NCBI GenBank assembly: GCA_044221725.1
Contig: JBGAON010000003.1
Span: 64,001-128,000 of the forward strand
DNA length: 64,000 bases
Direction of reading: 5' to 3'
Source: Elusimicrobiota bacterium
GTDB lineage: Bacteria; Elusimicrobiota; Elusimicrobia; F11
The first letter of the stretch is position 1; the number at the start of each line of letters is the position of its first letter. The translations under genes were made by a program, and so were the position numbers. Below are positions 1-9,155 of the stretch, piece by piece. Below the pieces are notes generated by a model, which saw only the letters and a program-made list of their open reading frames with translations, had not been told where the DNA came from and did not search any database.

Positions 1-696
1 TTGCAGACGCTGATAAAGGAAAAATCGCTGCGGGTCATGCTGCAGCCGATTATGAATCTCGAAAACAATCAACCGATGGGGTATGAATTTCTGTGCCAAT
101 CGCTGGTTCCTTCCTGTGAAAAGCCCGAAGATTTTTTCCGGATGGCGCAGGACACGAACGTGGTGTCTCAGATTGATCAGTTGTGTCTGGCGAGCTGCAT
201 CGAAGTGGCGGAGACCATACCACCAAAACTACAGCGGCACATTAATATTGCCACAACGACGCTCAGTGAATTCTCAATTCCAACGTTGATTGATCTTTTC
301 CGAGATGCCCACCAGGGGGAAACCTATTGTTTGGAAATTAATCAGCATCAGGTTGTCGGAGACCCGTCGTATTTAATTCGCCCGCTTGAGCTTTTGAAAC
401 AGGAAGAGTTTCTTATCGCGCTCGAAAACGTAAGTTTTGGCCAAAACAGCCTGGAAACGGTGATTCTGCTCGAACCCGATTATTTAAAGATCAGCCAGCA
501 TTACATCACCGGTATTTCAAAAGATCCGGCCCGGTTACGATCGCTGAACCGTTTCTTGAAAGTGGCCGAAAGTCTCGGAACCGCGGTGATTGCGGTTGGT
601 ATTGAGTCGCAAGAGGACATGAACGTTCTTAAATCAATGGGCGTGAAATTTGGACAAGGTTTTCACTGGGGCAAACCATTTTTGAATTTTCCTTAA
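1..696 (+). CDS. EAL-domain protein, degenerate, probably 5'-truncated by the window edge
   Basis: EAL-fold motifs LQPI, GYEFL, PDYLKI, GIES and GQGF are present. The catalytic DDFGTG reads ENVSFG and EITE reads EINQ. Confidence 0.8.
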   Translation: MQTLIKEKSLRVMLQPIMNLENNQPMGYEFLCQSLVPSCEKPEDFFRMAQDTNVVSQIDQLCLASCIEVAETIPPKLQRHINIATTTLSEFSIPTLIDLFRDAHQGETYCLEINQHQVVGDPSYLIRPLELLKQEEFLIALENVSFGQNSLETVILLEPDYLKISQHYITGISKDPARLRSLNRFLKVAESLGTAVIAVGIESQEDMNVLKSMGVKFGQGFHWGKPFLNFP

Positions 697-706
697 GGAG
701 GCCATC

Positions 707-1273
707 ATGGCAAGCGATTCATTTGTGATCGATGTAAAAGCAATTCGGGACCGGGCCCGCAAACACATAGAAGATGGAGCGGTTACCGAGGGTTATCAAG
801 GAAACCGTGACGTGGTACGAAGACTTTTGAACGAGGCGCTCGCCACGGAACTCGTGTGCGTGCTGCGCTACAAACGACATTACTTTATGGCCAAAGGCAT
901 TCACGCGGAGGCAGTGGCGTCGGAATTTCAGGAGCACGCGGCCGAAGAACAGGCGCACGCCGACATGATTGCCGAACGCATCACCCAGTTGGACGGCGAG
1001 CCGGATTTCAATCCCGAGGGTCTTACCGCGCGCAGCCACTCGGAATACAAAGAGGGCACATCATTGACCGACATGCTCAAGGAAGATCTCGTGGCCGAAC
1101 GCATCGCGATCGATTCGTATCGCGAGATGATCAATTACATCGGCGCGAAAGATGCCACGACGCGGCGCATGCTTGAGGAAATTCTTGCCACCGAAGAAGA
1201 ACACGCGGATGACCTTGCGAAGCTTCTCCCGGCATCGGACAGCACGAACGGCAAGTCACCGGCCGAACTTTAA
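707..1273 (+). CDS. Bacterioferritin-related ferritin-like diiron protein
   Basis: LNEALATE, EEQAHAD, EDLVAERIAI and EEEHADD ExxH motifs; strong RBS taaggagg. Confidence 0.88.
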   Translation: MASDSFVIDVKAIRDRARKHIEDGAVTEGYQGNRDVVRRLLNEALATELVCVLRYKRHYFMAKGIHAEAVASEFQEHAAEEQAHADMIAERITQLDGEPDFNPEGLTARSHSEYKEGTSLTDMLKEDLVAERIAIDSYREMINYIGAKDATTRRMLEEILATEEEHADDLAKLLPASDSTNGKSPAEL

Positions 1274-1288
1274 CTTCTAAGGTTCGTA
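1265..1288 (+). promoter_or_regulatory. Putative ECF-sigma promoter GAAC-N16-CGTA
   Basis: gaac 1265-1268 and cgta 1285-1288; the same spacing recurs upstream of other stress genes. Confidence 0.55.
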
Positions 1289-1320
1289 AAAAAATTAGAT
1301 TACTCTCATAGGAGGCGTGT

Positions 1321-1668
1321 ATGGAAGACATTGCAAAAGGGGCAGAAAAGAAAATCAACGAAGGCGCCGGGCGGGTGCATGAAGGCATCGAAAAGGCGCG
1401 GCGAAACACCGTTGATATGATCGAAAAGAACACCTCGGCCGATACCGATGAAATCATTCGTTCCGTTCGCGAGAGAGGGCAAGAATATCTTAATCAGGCG
1501 AAGCAAAAAGGCGAAGACCTTTTGAATGCGGTGAGCACCGGCGGTCGCGCCAGCATGAAAAACTTGGCCAATTATATTGAGAGCCGTCCGGCCCAAGCGG
1601 TCGCCATTGCTGCGTGCGTGGGACTCGTGGCCGGGTTGCTTCTCGCGTCGTCCAGCAAAGAGGACTAG
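1321..1668 (+). CDS. ElaB/YqjD (DUF883)-like tail-anchored protein
   Basis: Charged helical N-terminus, then YIESRPAQAVAIAACVGLVAGLLL C-terminal TM; RBS aggagg. Confidence 0.8.
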   Translation: MEDIAKGAEKKINEGAGRVHEGIEKARRNTVDMIEKNTSADTDEIIRSVRERGQEYLNQAKQKGEDLLNAVSTGGRASMKNLANYIESRPAQAVAIAACVGLVAGLLLASSSKED

Positions 1669-2048
1669 TGAACAATTCCCAAACACAAAAGCCTCCCAAC
1701 TTCGCCAAAGCGTTGCTCGGTCTCATCAAAGACCACGTTGAACTGGCGACGTTGGAATGTGTTTATGAGAAAGAAGCAGGGCAGCGCCGCGCTGTCGGAT
1801 TGGCAGCGGGTGTTGCTCTGCTCTTCTTTTCGTTTCTTTTCCTGCAGCTGTGCATCGTGGGGCTGTTGCACCGAATGGGACTCGGATTTGCTTCGATTGG
1901 GTTGATGGGCTGCTTGTTTTATGGGGGGATCGCTTATTACCTTCTAAAAAGGGCGTTGGCGCGTGACCCAGGCGTTGGGAAACCTTTTCAGTCGTCAATT
2001 CAACAGGTCAAACGGAGTTTTGAATGGATCGAGAGTCGTTTCTCTTAA
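1668..2048 (+). CDS. YqjE-like (phage holin family) two-TM membrane protein
   Basis: GTG start overlaps the upstream stop; HVELATLE followed by two TM helices; synteny with DUF883. Confidence 0.7.
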   Translation: MNNSQTQKPPNFAKALLGLIKDHVELATLECVYEKEAGQRRAVGLAAGVALLFFSFLFLQLCIVGLLHRMGLGFASIGLMGCLFYGGIAYYLLKRALARDPGVGKPFQSSIQQVKRSFEWIESRFS

Positions 2049-2239
2049 AACGCGACTTGATTGTACGGCGGATGGACGATGATCGCCTGCTCCTGTCGCA
2101 ACATCAATTCGGATTGTTGCGTGCGCTAAAGCCGTTGGCTGTTCCTTACCTTCTAAAAAGCGTCGCCACTGTCGCCGGCATTCCGCTGGTGCAATATTTG
2201 TTGCGCAAGAAAGGTTTCTTCAACCACCGAAACAACTGA
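2024..2239 (+). CDS. Small YqjK-like hypothetical protein
   Basis: Third gene of an ElaB-YqjE-type operon, overlapping the previous stop. Confidence 0.5.
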   Translation: MDRESFLLKRDLIVRRMDDDRLLLSQHQFGLLRALKPLAVPYLLKSVATVAGIPLVQYLLRKKGFFNHRNN

Positions 2240-2255
2240 CGATTGGATTTATTGG

Positions 2256-3263
2256 CTAACGAAAGTCGCGCGAGATGTCCTGCAGCAACGGTTCCGGAAC
2301 ATCGCCCATCAGCGTAAAGTAATTTTTACCTTTTTCCCAATGATAGACATTCCCCGAACCGGTCGCTTGAAGCGGGGATCCGTGTGCGGATAGTGCATTG
2401 CCGGTAGTGTTGGATGGAATCTTAACGGGCACCGGTGTCTGAAACAACGACAATGGTAGAACGCCGTCGGTGTACCGTACGTGTTTCACGGTTTTGCCGG
2501 TGATGTCCAAATAACTGATGCTTTCAAACGAAAAACCACCGGCCAATTTTTTCGAAAAGAGTTGCGCATCCTTTGCGCGCTGCGCATCGGCGGGGGAAAT
2601 CGTGTGCGTGGTATCAAGCGCTGCGTTGGTTTCAACTTCGGTAAGAAATAAATTGTTCGATGCCGACGTGTTCGGCACAAAGTCGGTGAAACGCGTTAAC
2701 GAGCCGCTTTGTGAATCATCGGTCGAATACTGCTTCGTTTCCAATACCACGTGCGTCTGCTGGTCCACGCGCATCTGATGGTGCGGTTTGCCAGGGATGA
2801 CCGGTGCCCAGTCCACAAGCCAGGTCGAGCGGCCCAACAACTTTTCTCCGGGTTTTACCGAGACCTTGTAGTTTTCAAGCAACAAACTTTTCTGATCTCT
2901 TGATTGCAGCGATTTTTGTGGGAACGTCGTGAAATAATTCTGAACAACCTGATCGTTTTTCAATAGTTGGGTCTCTTCTTTCACGCTGTTCGATAGCACC
3001 ACACGGTCGACAGATCCATCCGGACGCAAGAACTCCATGCGGTATTTGTCCGGAGGCTGGAAAAAAATGTTCACGTCTTCGGCCTTTGCTCCTTTGTCGG
3101 TCCACATACTGATCATAAGGTGACCTTTGAACGGCTTTTGCGGACCGCTGAGAATCATGTCGACCGTTTGAGCAGCGTCGGGCGCATCGCCGGCCGAAAC
3201 GAAAGCCAGCGTGGCAGAGACAAAACAGAAAGCAGCGGTGATCGTTTTGCGGATTTTAGACAT
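2256..3263 (-). CDS. MucB/RseB-like periplasmic sigma-E regulatory protein
   Basis: Signal peptide; LLLENY, LLGRST, VDQQTHVVL and YTDGVLPLSLFQ motifs; lies downstream of sigma and anti-sigma. Confidence 0.8.
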   Translation of the reverse strand: MSKIRKTITAAFCFVSATLAFVSAGDAPDAAQTVDMILSGPQKPFKGHLMISMWTDKGAKAEDVNIFFQPPDKYRMEFLRPDGSVDRVVLSNSVKEETQLLKNDQVVQNYFTTFPQKSLQSRDQKSLLLENYKVSVKPGEKLLGRSTWLVDWAPVIPGKPHHQMRVDQQTHVVLETKQYSTDDSQSGSLTRFTDFVPNTSASNNLFLTEVETNAALDTTHTISPADAQRAKDAQLFSKKLAGGFSFESISYLDITGKTVKHVRYTDGVLPLSLFQTPVPVKIPSNTTGNALSAHGSPLQATGSGNVYHWEKGKNYFTLMGDVPEPLLQDISRDFR

Positions 3264-3732
3264 GGCTCTTTACGTGCGCCGTCTGTTCCGACGCCGCGAG
3301 CACACGTTGGTGAAGAAGGGGGCTGGTTTGTCCCATGTTGTGAGCCGAGATAAGCGAGTCCATTGGAATAAACTCCGCGTGTTGGACCTGATAGAGGTGG
3401 AAAACGCCCGCGAAAACGGCGGCCGTGGCCAACGCGCCACCCAACGCAAACTGTTGGGATAACTTGGACCACGACGACCACTGGAAGAAATGAAAACGTT
3501 GGGCGTCTTGTTGCTCGAGAAGTCGGCGTTCCAGAGATTCAAGGAAGTACGTGGGCGCGGCAACCTGAGGAAGATCGGCCACCAAATCTTTCGATTTCTT
3601 GATCCTTTCAAGCTCTTCGCGCCATTCGCTGGAGGTTGCCAACTGTTGTTGGACCATTCGAAGTTCCGAGCCGTTCAGCTCACGGTCCAAAAAGGCCGAC
3701 AATAATTCCGATTCTTTTGTGCCTACCACCAT
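3256..3732 (-). CDS. RseA-like transmembrane anti-sigma factor
   Basis: ELLSAFLDREL N-terminus, single TM, directly after the ECF sigma. Confidence 0.8.
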   Translation of the reverse strand: MVVGTKESELLSAFLDRELNGSELRMVQQQLATSSEWREELERIKKSKDLVADLPQVAAPTYFLESLERRLLEQQDAQRFHFFQWSSWSKLSQQFALGGALATAAVFAGVFHLYQVQHAEFIPMDSLISAHNMGQTSPLLHQRVLAASEQTAHVKSHV

Positions 3733-3749
3733 ACTCCTATCCCTCCAGA

Positions 3750-4307
3750 TTAAGTTGCAACACCCAGTTGCATTTTTTCAAAAGCTTTTCGTAACAAAAC
3801 ACGTCCTTGGAAGATTCGCGACCGCACGGTTCCAATGGGACAATCCAATATTTCTGCGATCTGTTCATACGAATAACGCTCAACATCGCACAACACAACG
3901 ACCGAACGGTACAGCATGGGCAGAGATTCGAGCGCCTTCTGAATTAGCGTGTTGGCCTCTTTCTGGTCCAATTCTTCGGCGGGCGAAGGATCGTTCCCCG
4001 GAATAATGTTTTCCCAGGACACATCCTCGACAGGAGACGGCCCATCCATCGACACCGTATGCTTTCGGTCGTACTTCCGCATACTGTCAATGAAGATATT
4101 TTTGAGAATTCGGTTCAACCACGGCTGAAAAGGACGCGAAGGATCAAACTTATCAATGTGCCTTAAAACGTGCGTAAAAGCCTCCTGTACGAGGTCACGT
4201 GCGTCTTGATCATTGCCACTCAATCGATAAGCGAAACTGTAAGCCTTATCAGCGTGCCGTCGAACCAATTCCCCTATTTCGGGAGTCTTGGCGTCAAAGG
4301 CGCCCAT
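3750..4307 (-). CDS. ECF RNA polymerase sigma factor (RpoE-like)
   Basis: DARDLVQEAF, WLNRILKN (region 2) and SYEQIAEILDCPIGTVRSRIFQGR (region 4). Confidence 0.93.
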   Translation of the reverse strand: MGAFDAKTPEIGELVRRHADKAYSFAYRLSGNDQDARDLVQEAFTHVLRHIDKFDPSRPFQPWLNRILKNIFIDSMRKYDRKHTVSMDGPSPVEDVSWENIIPGNDPSPAEELDQKEANTLIQKALESLPMLYRSVVVLCDVERYSYEQIAEILDCPIGTVRSRIFQGRVLLRKAFEKMQLGVAT

Positions 4308-4334
4308 GTTTACCTCTCATGGTGTCGATGTGAA

Positions 4335-4358
4335 TACGGACAGGTCGCAAAAAAGTTC
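4335..4358 (-). promoter_or_regulatory. Putative autoregulatory ECF promoter TGAACTT...CGTA
   Basis: The minus strand reads gaac-N16-cgta, ending 27 nt upstream of the sigma ATG. Confidence 0.6.
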
Positions 4359-4446
4359 ACCTCAGCTAATTTATTCTTCTGTGGGCCAATTTGGTGGGTT
4401 TTCCGTCGAGGAACAGCAAAACCAATTGAATTCTAACAAAAGGTTG

Positions 4447-4470
4447 CAACTAACCGTCAAGCGCCACGTA
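4447..4470 (+). promoter_or_regulatory. Putative ECF promoter CAAC-N16-CGTA of the SOD gene
   Basis: caac 4447-4450 and cgta 4467-4470. Confidence 0.45.
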
Positions 4471-4498
4471 GGAATATTGAAAACCCCAAGGAGGTTGT

Positions 4499-5155
4499 AT
4501 GCCCGTAAAAGAACACCCATCGCCCCATCAAAAGCCGGTCGGATCGGAAGCCACTTATCGCGCCCAAGACTATTCTCGCCTGTTCGGAATGTCGGGATTC
4601 AGCGACAAATTGCTGCAAACACATTTTAAGTTGTACGAAGGCTACGTCGCTCAGGCCAACCAGCTGAATGAAAAACTGCGACAGTTAATCGAACAAGGTC
4701 AGGGAAAGACCCCGGAATTTGCCGAAATGAAGCGGCGCTGGGGCTGGGAATGGAACGGCATGCGCCTCCACGAATGTTATTTCGGAAATCTCGTGGCGAG
4801 AAAGGGCGGGGAAAGTTCGGACATTCCGGCGGCGCTAAAAAGCCGGATAGCCGAACAGTTCGGCTCATTGGACAATTGGAAGAACGATTTCTTGGCCAGC
4901 GGTGCGATGCGCGGGATCGGTTGGGTCATTTTGTACGAAGACACCAATCAAGGCTGGTTGTTCAATTCATGGATTGAAGAACACGCTACGAATCATTTGG
5001 CCGGCGGCTATCCTCTTTTGGTGATGGATGTGTTTGAGCACGCTTATATGCCCGATTACGGCACGGATCGCGCGAACTATATTGAAAGCTTTTTCAAAAA
5101 TATTGATTGGGACGTCGTTGCGTATCGAACAACAAATCGCCGAACTCAACAGTAA
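4499..5155 (+). CDS. sod: Fe/Mn-family superoxide dismutase
   Basis: THFKLYEGYV, LHECYF and MDVFEHAY metal-ligand motifs. Confidence 0.9.
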   Translation: MPVKEHPSPHQKPVGSEATYRAQDYSRLFGMSGFSDKLLQTHFKLYEGYVAQANQLNEKLRQLIEQGQGKTPEFAEMKRRWGWEWNGMRLHECYFGNLVARKGGESSDIPAALKSRIAEQFGSLDNWKNDFLASGAMRGIGWVILYEDTNQGWLFNSWIEEHATNHLAGGYPLLVMDVFEHAYMPDYGTDRANYIESFFKNIDWDVVAYRTTNRRTQQ

Positions 5156-5169
5156 TATAGAATACCGGC

Positions 5170-6060
5170 ATGACATTGGACGGCCGGCCCCTTCGCGTAT
5201 TGATGATTGACGATGACGAGGAAGAATTTGTCCTCGCGAAAGCGCATTTGGAACAGCCCGATTCGGCGGTGGATCTTGAATGGGCAGAATCCTTAACCGC
5301 CGGCATGGAAACCCTTTCCCAAAAGAAATTTGATGTCGTTCTTCTGGACCTTTTTATGTCCGATAGCCGCGGTCTCGAAACGTTCACAAAGCTTCGCGCG
5401 AAATTTCCGAATGTCCCTATCGTGATTATGTCCGGTTTGGATGACGAAAAGCTCGCCCTCGAAGCGGTGCGCGGCGGCGCGCAGGATTATCTCGTCAAAG
5501 GCCACGGCGACCGGAGCCGGCTGTTCCGCGTATTGAATTATGCAATCAATCGGCACGAGCGGCAGAAAGATTCGGCCGATGAAGCGTTAATCGACAGCTT
5601 AACGAAGCTCTACAATCGCCGCGGGTTCTTGGCGATGGCCGAGCAACACATGAAAATTGCCAGACGCGATCAAAAAACATTTTTCGTTTTCTTTGCGGTG
5701 TTAAACGGGTTTGAGCAAATCGTCGAAGAATACGGTGAAGACGAAGGACAGCACGCGCTGCTCACGACGGCCGACATTCTCGGCGAAAGCTTCCGCACCG
5801 GCGATATTCTCGCCCGAATCGGTCAGAACGAGTTCGCTATTATTACAACCGTGGAAGGTCATTTTGACCCCAAACTTATTTCCGCGCGCATCGCTAAAAG
5901 TCAAAAATTTTACGAATCGCAGTTTAACTCGGTGCGCTTCTCGTTGAGCTTGTGCTCGAGCTACATTGATCTTTCTCAGGACGAGCCGATGAGCGAGTTC
6001 GAAGCGCATGTCGACCGTATTTTTCAGGAATACCACCGGCGCCAGCCGGCCGTTTCTTGA
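5170..6060 (+). CDS. Response regulator with degenerate GGDEF domain
   Basis: Intact receiver (IDDD, LLDL, DYLVK); DSLTKLYNRR; A-site GQNEF; I-site RTGD. Confidence 0.88.
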   Translation: MTLDGRPLRVLMIDDDEEEFVLAKAHLEQPDSAVDLEWAESLTAGMETLSQKKFDVVLLDLFMSDSRGLETFTKLRAKFPNVPIVIMSGLDDEKLALEAVRGGAQDYLVKGHGDRSRLFRVLNYAINRHERQKDSADEALIDSLTKLYNRRGFLAMAEQHMKIARRDQKTFFVFFAVLNGFEQIVEEYGEDEGQHALLTTADILGESFRTGDILARIGQNEFAIITTVEGHFDPKLISARIAKSQKFYESQFNSVRFSLSLCSSYIDLSQDEPMSEFEAHVDRIFQEYHRRQPAVS

Positions 6061-6061
6061 T

Positions 6062-6868
6062 GTGGACTTTGTAAGAAAATTTCGAATTCTCAGCCAAGAC
6101 AAGTTTCGGCTAAAAGATTTTGATCCCTCCGATACGCATGGGTTTGAGAAAGAAGACGCATTGGCCCGCATCGAAAAGAATGTCGAACGCCTGTTCGAAC
6201 TCCAATATCTGCTGTACGCGGACAACCGTCAATCGCTGCTCATTATTTTGCAGGGGATGGATTCGTCCGGCAAAGACGGCGTTATCCGTCATGTGATGCG
6301 CGGACTCAACCCGCAAGGTTGCACCGTGGCATCGTTCAAGGCGCCGACGACCGAAGAATCGGAACACGATTTTTTGTGGCGTATTCACAAAATGACGCCG
6401 GCCAAAGGCGATATCACGATATTTAATCGATCGCATTACGAAGATGTCCTCGTTCCGCGCGTGCACCACCTTGTTCCCAAGAAGGCGTGGAAGGCACGGT
6501 ACGACCAAATTAATGACTTTGAGTGGATGTTGTCCGAAAACGGAACCCGGATTTTGAAGTTCTTTCTATATATAAGCAAGGACGAACAGAAGGAACGGCT
6601 CGAAGAGCGGCTGCAAAAGCCCGAGAAGAATTGGAAGTTTAATACGAACGATCTGAAAGAGCGCGAAAGATGGGGGGAATACATGGACGCCTACGAGGAT
6701 CTCATCTCGCGCTGCTCAAAAAAATGGGCGCCTTGGTATGTTATTCCCGCCGACAAAAAATGGTTTCGCAATCTCGCGATTTCAAAGATCGTGAACGACG
6801 AACTTCAGCGCATGAAACTCAAAATGCCGCCGCCGTTGCCGGGGGCGTCCCAGATTCGGATTAAGTAA
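6062..6868 (+). CDS. ppk2: Polyphosphate kinase 2 (probably class III)
   Basis: QGMDSSGKDG Walker A, FNRSHYEDVL, APWYVIPADKKW; GTG start at 6062 is inferred. Confidence 0.92.
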   Translation: MDFVRKFRILSQDKFRLKDFDPSDTHGFEKEDALARIEKNVERLFELQYLLYADNRQSLLIILQGMDSSGKDGVIRHVMRGLNPQGCTVASFKAPTTEESEHDFLWRIHKMTPAKGDITIFNRSHYEDVLVPRVHHLVPKKAWKARYDQINDFEWMLSENGTRILKFFLYISKDEQKERLEERLQKPEKNWKFNTNDLKERERWGEYMDAYEDLISRCSKKWAPWYVIPADKKWFRNLAISKIVNDELQRMKLKMPPPLPGASQIRIK

Positions 6869-6923
6869 GTCCTTCAAACCGCGGCTGTCGCTCGCGCCCA
6901 CAAAGAACCTGTCCAACAACCGC

Positions 6924-7769
6924 TTACCGGGGGAGTGGGAAGTGAACTTGTCGAATGACGCCGTCGGTGATCCAGCGGGAAAACCAGTTTCGCACCAGAG
7001 AAGTGTCCAGCAACGGGTGCTTTTTCACTAACGAAGACAAAGCTTTGCCCAGCGTTTTTTGGTTGCTGAGATGCGACAGCAATTCGAATTGAATGGGCGT
7101 GATGCGCGGCACGCGCACCCACTTGTCGGCGGGCCGGTACACAAGCACACGAAGCGGTCCGCGTTTCATGCTTTTGATTCGGCGTTGGTCCCACTTGCCG
7201 TCGTCGCGCCAAAGAAGATCAACCGGCCAGAATAGCTTTAGCAACGTCACAGCAGGGTCCAGCGTGAACGTGGCACGCAGCCATTTGGATGGCGGAATAT
7301 TTTCAAACGTTGCCAGAGCAAGAGGCGCTACATCGTCCGCAAAGAACGCCTGATGGGCGGTCCACTCGAGGTGGGCCAACTCGGGCAAGAACGGAAATTT
7401 CTTCGAAAGCGGGTGCTTTTTTAAGAACGGTGACATAGGAGCGCCCACATCATCGATGCTCTTAAAGATCGACGGATATTTCACAAGGTAAGCGCGAGCG
7501 AGATCATAGAAATCATTTTCGCCCACGACATTTCTGATCGAGCTGTAATTCGATTCCAATACCTCGATGATGCGCTGGAAGTAACCGTTGCCGTAAATCG
7601 AAAGTCGTGTTTCGCGGTCGACTTGCGGAGTTTCGCCAATCACTTTCGTGCAGCGATCCAGCGCGTGCGAATGGTTGTTCAGCGCGCAACCGACGCCGTG
7701 CGGATGCGTGAGCACCCAGCGCATCCACGTTTGCAAATCAGATAAGGACGGCGCGCTTATTGTTGGCAT
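6924..7769 (-). CDS. DUF2063 (BufC/HvfC-like) MNIO partner protein
   Basis: RLSIYGNGYFQRIIEVLESNY, AYLVKYPS and ELAHLEW; overlaps the end of DUF692. Confidence 0.88.
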   Translation of the reverse strand: MPTISAPSLSDLQTWMRWVLTHPHGVGCALNNHSHALDRCTKVIGETPQVDRETRLSIYGNGYFQRIIEVLESNYSSIRNVVGENDFYDLARAYLVKYPSIFKSIDDVGAPMSPFLKKHPLSKKFPFLPELAHLEWTAHQAFFADDVAPLALATFENIPPSKWLRATFTLDPAVTLLKLFWPVDLLWRDDGKWDQRRIKSMKRGPLRVLVYRPADKWVRVPRITPIQFELLSHLSNQKTLGKALSSLVKKHPLLDTSLVRNWFSRWITDGVIRQVHFPLPR

Positions 7770-8637
7770 GGGTCAGAATCTTTTCCTGAATTTGTTCGGC
7801 GTGTTTTGCTTCTTTCCAAAGTCTCTGGAACGTCGGAATCTTGTCGTCCCATTCAATCATCGTCGGCACGCGGCCGAACCGCTCGACCGCTTTCTCATAA
7901 AGTTTCCACACGGGGTCCGACACCGGATGATCGTGCGTATCGATCAAATGGGTGCCCATGTCCGAATAGCCGGCCAAATGCATTTGTGCCACGCGGTCGA
8001 CCGGAATTCCGTTCAAATAATCCAGACCCGAAAAGTTGTGGTTAACCGCGCTCACATGAATATTGTTCACGTCCAAGAGAATCAGGCAATCGGCTTTTGT
8101 CGCAACCTCTGTTAGGCATTCCCATTCGGTCATCTCCGAATGTTCGTAGGTCACGTAACTCGAAACATTTTCGAGCAAAAATTGGCGGCCGAGAAAATCC
8201 TGAACTTGTTTGATGCGCTCGACCAAATGATTGATGGTTTCTTTCGTGTAGGGCAATGGCAGCAAGTCGTGCAAATTGTGTCCATTGACGCCGGTCCAGC
8301 ACAAATGGTCGGACATCCACATCGGCTCGATGCGGCTCGCGAGTTTTTTAAGCCGCTTCAAATAATCTTTATCGAGCGGATCTTTGGATCCAATCGAGAG
8401 CGAAACACCGTGCATGACGATCGGATAATCTTTCCGTAAGTTTTCGAGAATCATAATCCCGCGGCCGCCCGACCCGGAAAGCGTGCCCATGTAATTTTCC
8501 GAAATAACTTCAAACCACGGTACCTTCGGCCGATTTTTGAGAATGTAATCGTAGTGCACCGTTCTGAGGCCGAGACCGACACCCAGGGGAGGCGGTTTGT
8601 GAAAAAACCGACGGGTTTCACTACGATTACGCTGCAT
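7738..8637 (-). CDS. DUF692 multinuclear non-heme iron oxidative enzyme (MNIO, BufB/HvfB-like)
   Basis: GLGLR, HGVSLSIG, SDHLCW, LLENVSSY, LLDVNN, HLAG, IDTH and IEWD motifs. Confidence 0.95.
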   Translation of the reverse strand: MQRNRSETRRFFHKPPPLGVGLGLRTVHYDYILKNRPKVPWFEVISENYMGTLSGSGGRGIMILENLRKDYPIVMHGVSLSIGSKDPLDKDYLKRLKKLASRIEPMWMSDHLCWTGVNGHNLHDLLPLPYTKETINHLVERIKQVQDFLGRQFLLENVSSYVTYEHSEMTEWECLTEVATKADCLILLDVNNIHVSAVNHNFSGLDYLNGIPVDRVAQMHLAGYSDMGTHLIDTHDHPVSDPVWKLYEKAVERFGRVPTMIEWDDKIPTFQRLWKEAKHAEQIQEKILTHANNKRAVLI

Positions 8638-8661
8638 GACGTCCTCCGCTTTTACGTTAAT

Positions 8662-9141
8662 TTATTTGGACTTGCAGCCGCTCGCGCCTTTGCACGCGTT
8701 CGAGCTCTTGCATCCGTTGGAGTTGCCTTTGTGTTTTTCTTTTTTGCCCGCTTTCTCCTGATGATGCGCGGTGTTACACCCACCTTGGCCTTTGCACGCG
8801 TTTTCACCTTTGCAGCCGTTGGCGTTGCCTTTGCAACCGCCCTGACCTTTGCAATCGTTCTTTCCTTTGCACGAGTGATGAACCGTGGCGCATCCCCCTT
8901 TCCCTTGGCAAGAATTTTTCCCGGCGCAGCCTGCGTCGCCCGACTTGCAGCCGCCTTTTCCTTTGCAGCTGTTCATGCCTTTGCAAACGTGTTTATCCAC
9001 ACCGCTGGTAGCGGTCGCTTTTGCGTCGCCGCCCGTTGGGGCCGCGGTTTTTGTGTCGCCGGCGTGAACCAATGAGCCGGCCATTCGCGTGCTGAGGATT
9101 CCGGCAACCGCCGCCGTCAGCATTTTTGTCATTTTCTTCAT
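8662..9141 (-). CDS. Secreted Cys-rich MNIO RiPP precursor (bufferin BufA2-like, five repeats)
   Basis: Signal peptide ending near VHA; five CKGxNxCKGxGGC-type repeats (15 Cys); immediately upstream of DUF692. Confidence 0.88.
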   Translation of the reverse strand: MKKMTKMLTAAVAGILSTRMAGSLVHAGDTKTAAPTGGDAKATATSGVDKHVCKGMNSCKGKGGCKSGDAGCAGKNSCQGKGGCATVHHSCKGKNDCKGQGGCKGNANGCKGENACKGQGGCNTAHHQEKAGKKEKHKGNSNGCKSSNACKGASGCKSK

Positions 9142-9155
9142 GCGTGTCTCCTTTG

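Noticed and set aside
8662..9000. DNA repeats (ccttt/gca units) as a possible CRISPR or tandem array
   Set aside because: They are degenerate, in-frame codon repeats of the Cys-rich precursor, with no spacers or cas genes.
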